From positions 12,672-76,671 of the forward strand of contig CAIMVG010000008.1 of assembly GCA_903844845.1 (NCBI GenBank): a stretch of DNA of 64,000 bases. Reading direction: 5' to 3'. The translations under genes were made by a program, and so were the position numbers. The stretch comes from an uncultured Dehalococcoidia bacterium. GTDB taxonomy: Bacteria; Chloroflexota; Dehalococcoidia; Dehalococcoidales; UBA1222. The notes beneath the pieces were generated by a model, which saw only the letters and a list, made by a program, of their open reading frames with translations, did not search any database and was not told where the DNA came from. This document shows, piece after piece, positions 1-8,335 of the stretch; within the stretch, counting starts at the first letter, position 1, and the number at the start of each line of letters is the position of its first letter.

Positions 1-1
1 C

Positions 2-2485
2 GAAGTTCAATACGTGCAGTCCCTTTATGTTCACCCCGAATCTCGCGAAAAAGTAATCAGGGAACTTCAAGTCAATGGATGTTTTGGACCTGCGGAGTTT
101 GAAGTCCGGCGGCGGGATGGAACAACATTTTGGGTCCTGGTTTCGGCACAGCCGATCAAGGCGCCGGACGGCAGCCTTTTGCGATATCAGGCTACCCATA
201 TCGATATCACCGACCGTAAAAATGCTGCGGCCAAAATGGAATTCAGCGAGGAGCGTTTCCGGCTCCTTGCCGAGAGCTCACTGGTTGGATTCTACATACT
301 GCAGGACGGAAAATACACCTATGCCAACCCTGCGATGGCGGCGATATTCGGATATTCCGTCGAAGAATTTATCGGTTTAACCCCCAACCAGATAGTAGTC
401 CCGGACGATCAAGCAATGGTGACCGACAAGATAAAAGAGCAGTTCTCCGGCGAAGTGAAATCCACGCAATACCAAGTCAGGGTCAAGCGTAAAAATGGTT
501 CGCCAGGGTTCGTCGAGGTTTACGGCTCAGGAACAACAATCAACGGCAAGCCGGCTCTGATAGGGACATTGATAGACGTTACCGACCGAAAACGGGTTGA
601 GGCAGAGTTAGAAAAAAGCAACATCTGGTTCCGAGCTGCATTTATGACCGGTACGGACGCATACCTTATCGCCACGAGAGACGAAGGCCGAATAGTTGAA
701 GTCAATGACAGTTTATTGGAATTATATGGCTACAAGCGCGAAGAGATGGTCGGGCGAACGGGGATCGAACTCGGAATGTGGGCGTTTCCCGAGGCACGAC
801 AGGACTTTTTAAAGGAACTCCGCAAAACAGGAATCGCAAGGCACTTCGAACTGCTGGCACGGAAAAAATCAGGGGAAACGTTTTGGGTATTATACTCCGC
901 AAGCGAACTGGCGATACCCGGAGAACCGATGATATTGGGCGCGATCGAAGATACCACAAAAATCAAACTGGTCAACGAAATGTTAAAAGAGAACGAGGCA
1001 AAATTCAGATCAGCGTTCATGACCGGACCGGACGCTTTTTACCTCGCAACACTCGAAGAGGGTTTGATACTTGAGGTCAACGATAATTTTGAACAAGTTT
1101 TTGATTATCCCAGAAAAGAAGTAATCGGCAAAACCTCCTTGCAGCTTAACCTTTACGTTAATCCCGCTGACCGTACCAAAATGGTTTCAGAACTCAAAAC
1201 CAAAGGTTTCGTGAAAGACCTGGAACTCAAAGCACGGAAAAAATGCGGCGAAATAATAACCATCTCGATTTCTATCAGTACCCTGGCTCTATATGGCAAG
1301 GATCATATTTTGGGGATAATCAGGGACATCACTGAACGCAAGCAAGCTGAAGCAGAAAGCCTGCGGCTCAGAGAGAAAGCCGAGATGTCCAGCAGACTGG
1401 CGGCAGTTGGAGAGATGGCAGCGGGGATAGCCCACGAAATCAACAATCCGCTGACTTCGGTAATCGGTTATTCCGAGCTGTTGATGGATAATAAAAGCCT
1501 CCCCGAAGAACTCCTGGGAAGTCTAAAGATAATTTACGATGGAAGCCAGAGGGTGAAAGACATCGTCAAACGGATGCTCACGTTCGCGCGGCAGACCGAC
1601 GCCGTAAAAACCAGCGTCAGCGTCAATGAGCTAATCGAAAATACTCTCAGCCTGAGGTCTTACGTGCTGAGGACCGCCAACGTAAGGGTCAATAAAAACC
1701 TATCCCCAGCCCAGCCAATGATAACCGCCGACCCGGGGCAGATGCACCAGGTATTCCTCAACCTCATCGTGAACGCTGAATATTCAATGAAACAAGCCCA
1801 CGGCAAGGGCGTATTGTCTATCTCTACCACGGCAAATAACGGATCCGTGGACATCACGATAACGGACGATGGAACGGGGATGAGCGAAGAAGTCAGAGCA
1901 AGGCTCTTCAACCCGTTTTTCACCACTAAAGCCGAGGGTGAAGGCACCGGCCTGGGGTTGGCCCTGTCCAGAGCGATCATACTGGAACACGGCGGTACGA
2001 TCGACGTCGAGAGCCAACCCGGCGACGGGGCTTCTTTTATCATCAAGCTGCCTCTAAGCCCTACCGAGGAAGTGATGCCGCCTCAATCAGGCTATGATGC
2101 CCGCCCCTCAATGAAACCTGCCAGAACTGCGAAAATCATGGTCGTCGACGATGAGGAAGGCGTGAGGAAATATCTCACATCGATACTCTCAAGTGCAGGG
2201 CATGTTATTAACGCAACCGGAAACCCGGGTGAGGCTTTAAACTGGCTGAAGGAAAATAATTACGACGTTATCCTTTTGGACATACGCATGCCCGGGATGG
2301 GCGGTATGGAGATGTATACCAGGATCAAGACGAATTGGCCGGAAATGAAGGACAAAATCATCTTCATCACCGGCGACACGTCAGATGCCAATACGAAAGA
2401 ATTTCTCGAGAAGAATAACGTGCCCAGCCTGCTCAAACCCTTTGATAAACAATCACTCCTCGATAAAGTGAATAAGCTTCTCTAG
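2..2485 (+). CDS. Hybrid sensor histidine kinase / response regulator with several PAS domains (5' end cut by window edge)
   Basis: Frame is open back to base 2 (listed ORF begins at an internal GTG at 14). Repeated PAS-like modules each close with DIT(D/E)RK. H-box AGIAHEINNPLTSV. G2 box GTGLGLALSRAIILEHGG. C-terminal receiver KIMVVDDEEG...ILLDIRMPGMGG. Confidence 0.9.
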   Translation, partial: EVQYVQSLYVHPESREKVIRELQVNGCFGPAEFEVRRRDGTTFWVLVSAQPIKAPDGSLLRYQATHIDITDRKNAAAKMEFSEERFRLLAESSLVGFYILQDGKYTYANPAMAAIFGYSVEEFIGLTPNQIVVPDDQAMVTDKIKEQFSGEVKSTQYQVRVKRKNGSPGFVEVYGSGTTINGKPALIGTLIDVTDRKRVEAELEKSNIWFRAAFMTGTDAYLIATRDEGRIVEVNDSLLELYGYKREEMVGRTGIELGMWAFPEARQDFLKELRKTGIARHFELLARKKSGETFWVLYSASELAIPGEPMILGAIEDTTKIKLVNEMLKENEAKFRSAFMTGPDAFYLATLEEGLILEVNDNFEQVFDYPRKEVIGKTSLQLNLYVNPADRTKMVSELKTKGFVKDLELKARKKCGEIITISISISTLALYGKDHILGIIRDITERKQAEAESLRLREKAEMSSRLAAVGEMAAGIAHEINNPLTSVIGYSELLMDNKSLPEELLGSLKIIYDGSQRVKDIVKRMLTFARQTDAVKTSVSVNELIENTLSLRSYVLRTANVRVNKNLSPAQPMITADPGQMHQVFLNLIVNAEYSMKQAHGKGVLSISTTANNGSVDITITDDGTGMSEEVRARLFNPFFTTKAEGEGTGLGLALSRAIILEHGGTIDVESQPGDGASFIIKLPLSPTEEVMPPQSGYDARPSMKPARTAKIMVVDDEEGVRKYLTSILSSAGHVINATGNPGEALNWLKENNYDVILLDIRMPGMGGMEMYTRIKTNWPEMKDKIIFITGDTSDANTKEFLEKNNVPSLLKPFDKQSLLDKVNKLL

Positions 2486-2499
2486 CTAAACCCGTCCAT

Positions 2500-2990
2500 G
2501 CTCAAACAGCAACCACCCCATTTCCCCGGGGAGGAGACCCCGGGGAATACCCCGAAGCCCGACCCGCGAGCGGGGATAACAGGGTGAGAGGGGAGATTAC
2601 AGACGAATGGAACCGTATCGACTCTGGATTCCGGCTATCGCGCCGGAATGACAAATGAAGCGATGCACCCTCGAGGACACTGTAGAGGACAAGAACACTC
2701 GAGCCTCGAGTGCAAGAACCTCGGGGGACATCCCGAGGCGAGCCAGACAATGACAGGCGATGATACTTTGACTCTCTGCTCTGGCGCCGGAATGACTCGT
2801 TTTGTTTGCAGGTGTCCCTGCAAAGTCATGGAAATGGATTGTCGGGTCACCCGAGCCTCGAGTGCGAGAACCTCGGGGAACAGCCCGAGGCAAGCCCGAC
2901 AATGACAGTCGCTGAAATTTTGATCCGTCGAGGACAAGAACTCAGGCACCCGGCCCGCGGGCCGGGTATGACAACAGGGGCAATCACAGA
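2500..2990. repeat. Cluster of GC-rich hairpin (REP/MITE-like) repeats ending in AATGAC(A)
   Basis: 0.5 kb non-coding stretch after the kinase stop. Two 61-nt copies (2696-2756 and 2848-2908) are 55/61 identical by my count, each ending in (C)AGACAATGACAG. Shorter GCCGGAATGAC ends lie at 2642-2652 and 2786-2796, and GGGTATGACAAC at 2964-2975. ATTGTCGGG (2838-2846) is the inverted repeat of CCCGACAAT (2895-2903). The same termini occur in the tandem array at 36421-36597. Confidence 0.6.
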
Positions 2991-2993
2991 TAT

Positions 2994-3188
2994 TTATAAA
3001 ATACGTTTCAAGATTTTTACGGCGAATATGATAACCAGTAAAAGAACCAGCATGAGAACAATTTGAAAAACAAAAGGCAAAGCTATCCAGATCCAGTTTA
3101 ACCGGATAAACCTGAATATCTCCAATAACAGCAAGCCCGTTCCGATAAACGGGCAAATAAAAAATCCAACCAGCAGTTTCTTAAACAT
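2994..3188 (-). CDS. Hypothetical small membrane protein (64 aa)
   Basis: ORF only. Strongly hydrophobic two-helix sequence (LLVGFFICPFIGTGLLLL, VLMLVLLLVIIFAV). No strong RBS seen. Confidence 0.3.
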   Translation of the reverse strand: MFKKLLVGFFICPFIGTGLLLLEIFRFIRLNWIWIALPFVFQIVLMLVLLLVIIFAVKILKRIL

Positions 3189-3322
3189 TTATCGATACCT
3201 TATACCAGGAACGAAATGCCATAGCATTTCTCCACAATAATTGAACTACCACCTCAATATTAACGCATGTGAATCTTTTTAGATATCTTTCATCTTACAC
3301 GGCCATCACAATCGATATTATC

Positions 3323-3350
3323 AAGAGGGGAGCACGCGTGCTCCCCTCTT
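3323..3350. terminator. Perfect 28-nt palindrome downstream of hsp20
   Basis: AAGAGGGGAGCACG/CGTGCTCCCCTCTT, 27 nt after the hsp20 stop. No clear U-run. Confidence 0.5.
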
Positions 3351-3377
3351 ATCCATCGGCCTGATACGATCGCGGTT

Positions 3378-3851
3378 TTATCTCTTCTTCGATTCCGAAG
3401 TTTCAATCGCCTGCATGGTGTCCTGAACATGGACTTTGATTTGTTTCTTCTTTTTCTCCTCTGCCTTGGGCAACGCGATGGTCAATACCCCGTGCTCGTA
3501 AACAGGAGTGATTTTGTCGGTATCCACGCTGTCCGGCAGCCTTAGAGCTCTATAGAAGGTACCTGCCGAACGTTCCCGAATGAGATATCCCGATTCCTGG
3601 GACTCGCTCTCTTTAACACTTTCGGCTTTGAGAGTCAGCACATTGTCCTCAACCGTAATTTCGATCTCCTCCGGTTTAACACCGGGAAGGGAAGCCTTGA
3701 CGACGATTTCTTCCGGTTTTTGAACAACGTCTATCGGGATATTCCATTGCTCCGTTTCTCCGGGCCAGGTGCCCATGCCGCGCCACATCCGATTCATGGC
3801 CTGTTCCATCTGCCGCATGTCACGATAGGGGTCCCAAATTTGAAGTTCCAC
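3378..3851 (-). CDS. hsp20: Small heat-shock protein, Hsp20/alpha-crystallin family
   Basis: Alpha-crystallin domain (VVKASLPGVKPEEIEITVEDNVLTLKAE...GTFYRALRLPDSVD...YEHGVLTIALPKA). GTG start 6 nt after AAGGAGG. Confidence 0.95.
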   Translation of the reverse strand: MELQIWDPYRDMRQMEQAMNRMWRGMGTWPGETEQWNIPIDVVQKPEEIVVKASLPGVKPEEIEITVEDNVLTLKAESVKESESQESGYLIRERSAGTFYRALRLPDSVDTDKITPVYEHGVLTIALPKAEEKKKKQIKVHVQDTMQAIETSESKKR

Positions 3852-3881
3852 TTTTAACCTCCTTATATAATTCAGTTTAAA

Positions 3882-3908
3882 TTAGCAATCCCATCGTTAG
3901 ATTGCTAA
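3882..3908 (-). promoter_or_regulatory. CIRCE-like inverted repeat (putative HrcA operator)
   Basis: TTAGCAATC-N9-GATTGCTAA versus the CIRCE consensus TTAGCACTC-N9-GAGTGCTAA. Lies 31-57 nt upstream of the hsp20 start and 4 nt after the predicted -10. Confidence 0.6.
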
Positions 3909-3912
3909 TTAT

Positions 3913-3941
3913 TTTATATCACCGAATTATTTTTGTGGCAA
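3913..3941 (-). promoter_or_regulatory. Sigma70-type promoter of hsp20
   Basis: On the gene strand: TTGCCA, 17-nt spacer, TATAAA. Confidence 0.5.
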
Positions 3942-4204
3942 GTTCATTTAAAATTGTTTGGAGCAGTTTACGGGATAATAGAGGCATCTGAGACTGATTT
4001 ATGATGTCAAAATACAGCCGTTTTTGTTAAATCCTGAATTTTTCTGATATTTTAGATGGTGTATATTTGCTCAATTTTTCTTAAACGAAACATCCCTAAA
4101 GCAACAAGATAAATAAACGCCATCATGTGGTTTGCCCATTGACATGCATCGTATAATTTGAATAATATTTTGGCACATCCTGAGACAGATTGAAGAGGCT
4201 GAGA

Positions 4205-4879
4205 ATGAATAAACTGGCAATCGCATCGGCTATGTTAATTATTGCAGTGAGTGTATCCTCCAGCAGCTGCACATGCGGCGACAGCACCGCCAGAACCACA
4301 CAGGTACCAACTACCACCACTCAGGCATCAAAGACTACGACGCAGCCGCCGGCAACAACAGCGCCGGCGACAACTTCAAACAGCAACTTACCCGCTACAA
4401 CCACCCCTGCCCCGCTGACAACCACACAGGCTATACCCACAACAACTCAAGCGCCTGCGACCACGACACAAATATCATCTTCAATAACCGTTATCACGAC
4501 AACATTCCCTCCTGCATCCACAACAACGCCATCGACTTCACAACCCCCAACTGTCACACCGACAGCTACCGTCAGCAACCTGGCCGGGCGATGGGCAGGC
4601 CCATGGTCAAATTCCCTGGGAGAGTCCGGCAATGATACTTTGGTAATAACGGATGGCCTATCCGGCAATTTTCAAGGGATTTGGTCCGGTTCGATAAATA
4701 TCACGGGTAAATGGCTGACGCAAACGAGTTTTCAATTCAGCGGCTCAACCAGCAACCGCGCTTATCAATCACAGGGAACGATCCAGGGCAATACGGTAAC
4801 CATCACCTATACAGCCGCGCGCCTCGATAGTTCGGGAACATATACCGGGCAAGAAACATTGACACGCGTCACGGCATAA
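4205..4879 (+). CDS. Secreted/lipoprotein with long Thr/Pro-rich linker, function unknown
   Basis: ATG at 4205 preceded by GAGG (listed ORF starts at TTG 4190). Signal peptide ending SSSSC. About 100 aa of T/P/A-rich low complexity, then a globular C-terminal domain. Confidence 0.7.
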   Translation: MNKLAIASAMLIIAVSVSSSSCTCGDSTARTTQVPTTTTQASKTTTQPPATTAPATTSNSNLPATTTPAPLTTTQAIPTTTQAPATTTQISSSITVITTTFPPASTTTPSTSQPPTVTPTATVSNLAGRWAGPWSNSLGESGNDTLVITDGLSGNFQGIWSGSINITGKWLTQTSFQFSGSTSNRAYQSQGTIQGNTVTITYTAARLDSSGTYTGQETLTRVTA

Positions 4880-4958
4880 CAAACTCAAATCAAATAAATC
4901 CGGTTAACCGGCGCTGACCGTTTAGGTACGGGCCGGTTGCGACTAACCCCATACCGAT

Positions 4959-5414
4959 CTAAGAAGCAACCGGAATGGTACCAACAGGCGCGATGTTTAT
5001 ATCGATCATAAATATCGAGTGAAGGTCTTTGTTAAAGTAATTATTGAATTCCTGTTCAGTCGAATTGAACTTTAGGGTTTGTATCTCCGATGAGCTTAAC
5101 TGCGCCGGCGTCCACGAAATGACGGTATCGCTCCTCTTACTTCCATTTTCATATAGATCGACTTGATAAACGATGCCTGCTTTGGCCAATGAACCAGGCT
5201 CTAACTCCACGTTGATCGTGAAGGTCGCGATTTCATGATAATAATCGTTAGAACCATAAACCGGGATGCAATCAACATAAATATTTTTTGGGGTCACAGT
5301 CGTCGCGGGTTGGCTGGTAATTTCAGTAATTCCAGTGGTGTTTGAGGACCCGCCACAGGCGCTGAGAATAAGCAGCGCTGAGGCAAATATGAATAAACCA
5401 ATCTTAGCGGCCAT
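4959..5414 (-). CDS. Lipoprotein, function unknown
   Basis: Signal peptide with lipobox LLILSAC. No recognisable family. Confidence 0.7.
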   Translation of the reverse strand: MAAKIGLFIFASALLILSACGGSSNTTGITEITSQPATTVTPKNIYVDCIPVYGSNDYYHEIATFTINVELEPGSLAKAGIVYQVDLYENGSKRSDTVISWTPAQLSSSEIQTLKFNSTEQEFNNYFNKDLHSIFMIDINIAPVGTIPVAS

Positions 5415-5525
5415 AATTTCTCCTTTAAGAAACCGACATTTTCACAGATTGCCACACTTTGAAAAGCCGGACGCGATACTACCATACACAGATCGCAATC
5501 TTCCTACGCAATCCCCACTTGTTTT

Positions 5526-5545
5526 ATGAACATATGCTCATTATA
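5526..5545. promoter_or_regulatory. Copy 1 of identical 20-nt promoter/operator block ATGAACATATGCTCATTATA
   Basis: Exact 20/20 match to 24670-24689. Contains the quasi-palindrome TGAACATATGCTCA. The minus strand reads TTGATG-17-TATAAT toward the lipoprotein gene, and the plus strand reads TTGTTT-17-TATAGC toward the 5790 operon. Confidence 0.55.
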
Positions 5546-5789
5546 GCCATCAAAGGATTCAACATCAAGTAGTTTAACCTACCCAAACCCGTAAAAAGAG
5601 AGCCACGAAAACCAACCCGAGCGCTCTTTTCCCTCTGGTCGATATCATATATTTCATAATATCAAAATACTCTTTAAGTTCCATAAGAGCATTGACATTG
5701 ACTTGCCTTATAAGAAGGTTTATCTTATCATTAAAATGCTTAATAGCGCATTTAGGCTTATTTAAGTTAAACCACTTAAAAGGACATCC

Positions 5790-6326
5790 ATGGCTATCAA
5801 ATCGAAAAATAGCGATTCGGTTGGCGATGGTCTCGTTACGTTCCGCGACGTCGCCAGTGCGATGAAGGGCGAGCGTGTCCTAAGAAGTTCAGGCTACGAG
5901 GTCAAACTGGTAGCACCTCCCGCTGAACTGCGCCTGGGCTGCGACCTGGCGCTGGAGGTCAACCTGGTCGAGCAGGCGGGCATCGAGAGGGTCTTCACAG
6001 ATGAGGATGTAACCTTTGTAAGTTTCACACCCCTTTCCACTCATTCCTCACCGATGTGCGACATCGTCAAGGTGACCGATTTCGGCCAGTGGGTGATGAT
6101 TAAGTGCGGCAATATGAAGCTCTCTTTTGAGAAAGCCACCGGGAAAATCGTGAACGTCTCGGGCGGCGGCTGCCCCGACATACCCTACCTCAACGCCGAA
6201 ATGGTTGACAAGACCCTTACCGCTGCGCCGCATCCCAACGAACTGGGTTATACCCTGTGCGCCACCATGCTTGAGCGTGCCTACGAAGAAGCTCTGAACA
6301 TCTATAATGGAGATACCCGCTCATGA
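5790..6326 (+). CDS. DUF3343-like (putative S/Se carrier fold) protein with extra C-terminal domain
   Basis: N-terminal FRDVASAMKGERVLRSSGYEVKLVAPPAELRLGCDLAL resembles DUF3343. C-terminal half (GGGCPD) is unassigned. RBS AAGGA. The stop overlaps the next start (ATGA). Confidence 0.6.
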   Translation: MAIKSKNSDSVGDGLVTFRDVASAMKGERVLRSSGYEVKLVAPPAELRLGCDLALEVNLVEQAGIERVFTDEDVTFVSFTPLSTHSSPMCDIVKVTDFGQWVMIKCGNMKLSFEKATGKIVNVSGGGCPDIPYLNAEMVDKTLTAAPHPNELGYTLCATMLERAYEEALNIYNGDTRS

Positions 6327-7207
6327 TGCTGCTTTTCGGAACCATCCCGGATAAAAACCTGCCGATGACTTATGGCCAGGTGCGCCAGGAAGGCGATTAC
6401 CTCTACGCGGACGGCCAACGTTTTTCTCGCACCCAGGGCACAGGCGCCATGATCAGCGCGGCGCTGGCCATATGCAACTATTTCAAACTGGATCCCCCGC
6501 ATGTGCTGGTGGCAGGCGACATCGGAGACGGCAAAGGCACACGGGACATCTACAAATACCTGACCGAACATGTGGTCGAACTGGCACCCGCAGTGATCAC
6601 CATGCATTACAGCCTGCCTATCATGGCACTGCTGAAAAAATTGTGCGACACCATAAAAGGTTGCGAAAAGCGTCCATTCATGATCGCCGACGCCGGGGCG
6701 ATGTACGCTGCCAAGGGCGCCGGGTTGGCAACGGAATTCGATATCTTTACACCTGACACGTCCGAAATTGCTTTCCTGGCTGATCCGCAAGCTACACATC
6801 CGGCCTATATCTCGCATCATCTTCTTGCTTGCGATGCAGATAAAATTCCAGGCCAGATTGCAGATGCCTTCAAGAACAATAGCGCAGCCAAATTGCTTCT
6901 GGTGAAAGGCAAGACGGATTACGTGGCGCAGGCCAGAGAAATACTGGCTACCATCGATGAGCCCAACGTTCCTACCCTGGAACCTATAGGCGGCACGGGG
7001 GACACCATCACCGGCCTGGTTTCCGGCCTGGTATATGCCGGGATGGAACCCAAGAACGCTGCGATTTTTGCCTGCCGCACCAACCGCACGGCAGGGATTT
7101 TGGCCCGACCGACTCCCGCCACCAAAGTGAAGGATATAATAGACCAGTTCCCGGTGGTCTGCAGGGACTATTACGATGCATGGAACAAAAATGTAAAAAT
7201 ACTTTAG
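6323..7207 (+). CDS. YjeF_C / ribokinase-like small-molecule kinase or dehydratase homologue
   Basis: GGTGDTITGLVSGL resembles the GG(S/T)GDxLxG lid of NAD(P)HX-dehydratase-type kinases. Translationally coupled to the upstream gene. Confidence 0.55.
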   Translation: MMLLFGTIPDKNLPMTYGQVRQEGDYLYADGQRFSRTQGTGAMISAALAICNYFKLDPPHVLVAGDIGDGKGTRDIYKYLTEHVVELAPAVITMHYSLPIMALLKKLCDTIKGCEKRPFMIADAGAMYAAKGAGLATEFDIFTPDTSEIAFLADPQATHPAYISHHLLACDADKIPGQIADAFKNNSAAKLLLVKGKTDYVAQAREILATIDEPNVPTLEPIGGTGDTITGLVSGLVYAGMEPKNAAIFACRTNRTAGILARPTPATKVKDIIDQFPVVCRDYYDAWNKNVKIL

Positions 7208-7232
7208 TATTTTTGATAAAGGAGGGAAATAG

Positions 7233-7838
7233 ATGGCCAGATGGTTATCGAAAAAAGACCCCACCCCTTCGGCTCCCAAAAAGATACATACCAGCAAAAA
7301 CACGATGCCAACCCCTTTCATTCTTGTCAGCGCTTTTGCCTTGATATTGGGTCTGATCAGCTTCCCCAAATTCCCTTGCCCGACTTGCGACGGCACAGGG
7401 ATACTGGCTTCATCCCAGGGTTTAAAAGCCACGGTAGCCGCCTGTAATTTGATCGAAAGCTACATCCCCTTGACATGTTGCGACCACCCGCAGGTCCAAT
7501 ACGCTTATGATGTCAGTCTTTTGATAGAGAACGATGGAGCGAAAACTATTAACGGCACCGTAACCGTGAGTTTTTATGATATCGAGCCAGCACTCACTTC
7601 AAGCAAGGATGTAAATACAGCCGCGGAAGGTGTTTTCCCGGTACAAGTTGATGTACCCGGAGGCACAACTGTAACAGTTGACCAGCAACTTACATTCATC
7701 TCCGTATCTGATATATTGAACCAGCCGCATAGAGTGACGGTCCAATCCGGAAACGTAGAAACAAAGAACGCCTGTCCATTGTGCAACGGGACAGGCAAGC
7801 TGCCTTTTTATAGCTGGTTAGAGGCCCATATCAGATGA
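7233..7838 (+). CDS. Single-pass membrane protein with two DnaJ-type zinc-knuckle motifs
   Basis: AAGGAGGG RBS. TM helix PFILVSAFALILGLISF. CPTCDGTG near the helix and CPLCNGTG near the C-terminus. The stop overlaps the next start. Confidence 0.65.
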   Translation: MARWLSKKDPTPSAPKKIHTSKNTMPTPFILVSAFALILGLISFPKFPCPTCDGTGILASSQGLKATVAACNLIESYIPLTCCDHPQVQYAYDVSLLIENDGAKTINGTVTVSFYDIEPALTSSKDVNTAAEGVFPVQVDVPGGTTVTVDQQLTFISVSDILNQPHRVTVQSGNVETKNACPLCNGTGKLPFYSWLEAHIR

Positions 7839-8320
7839 AACTCAAGATAAACCCTAACTATATTGTCATCACAGGGTTCACAATCGGAATTGCTGCGGCG
7901 GCAGCCCAGGCTTTCTTTGATGTACAACCTCCGCAGGCATATGGAGTCTGTTTGATCGGTCATCCATCAATACTGGTCAAATGGTTTATGAACCACATCT
8001 TCGGAATGCATTTGCCAATAAGCACGGCATTTTTAGTTTATCCGTCTTTGCTGGTAGCAGGCATAACAGGTGGAGCTCTATTTTCATCTATAAAGAGCGG
8101 GGAATTCAAGACAACATTAAAGATGAAACCTGCCAGCACACGCAGCAAGTTCAATGCCATACTTTTTGGTTTTCTTGTGGCTAACTTTGGATTGATCGTC
8201 GGCGCCTGTCCCATACGAACCGCGCTCCTGGTAAGTTACGGAAGCGTATTAGGGGGCATAATGCTGGCAGCTATCATTTTTGGGGTTTTTCTGGCAACAC
8301 TCCGTTTACGTCGATCATAG
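7835..8320 (+). CDS. YeeE/YedE-family sulfur/selenium transport protein, N-terminal half of a split transporter
   Basis: Polytopic. Cys-containing motifs AYGVCLIGH and VGACPIRT. Confidence 0.7.
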   Translation: MKLKINPNYIVITGFTIGIAAAAAQAFFDVQPPQAYGVCLIGHPSILVKWFMNHIFGMHLPISTAFLVYPSLLVAGITGGALFSSIKSGEFKTTLKMKPASTRSKFNAILFGFLVANFGLIVGACPIRTALLVSYGSVLGGIMLAAIIFGVFLATLRLRRS

Positions 8321-8335
8321 AAAGGACCAATTATT

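Noticed and set aside
6302-7432. 376-aa minus-strand ORF, the longest ORF in this region.
   Set aside because: It lies entirely antisense to the coupled kinase-like and zinc-knuckle genes. Its composition is Arg/Gly/His-rich and non-protein-like, and there is no RBS. It is a typical shadow ORF.
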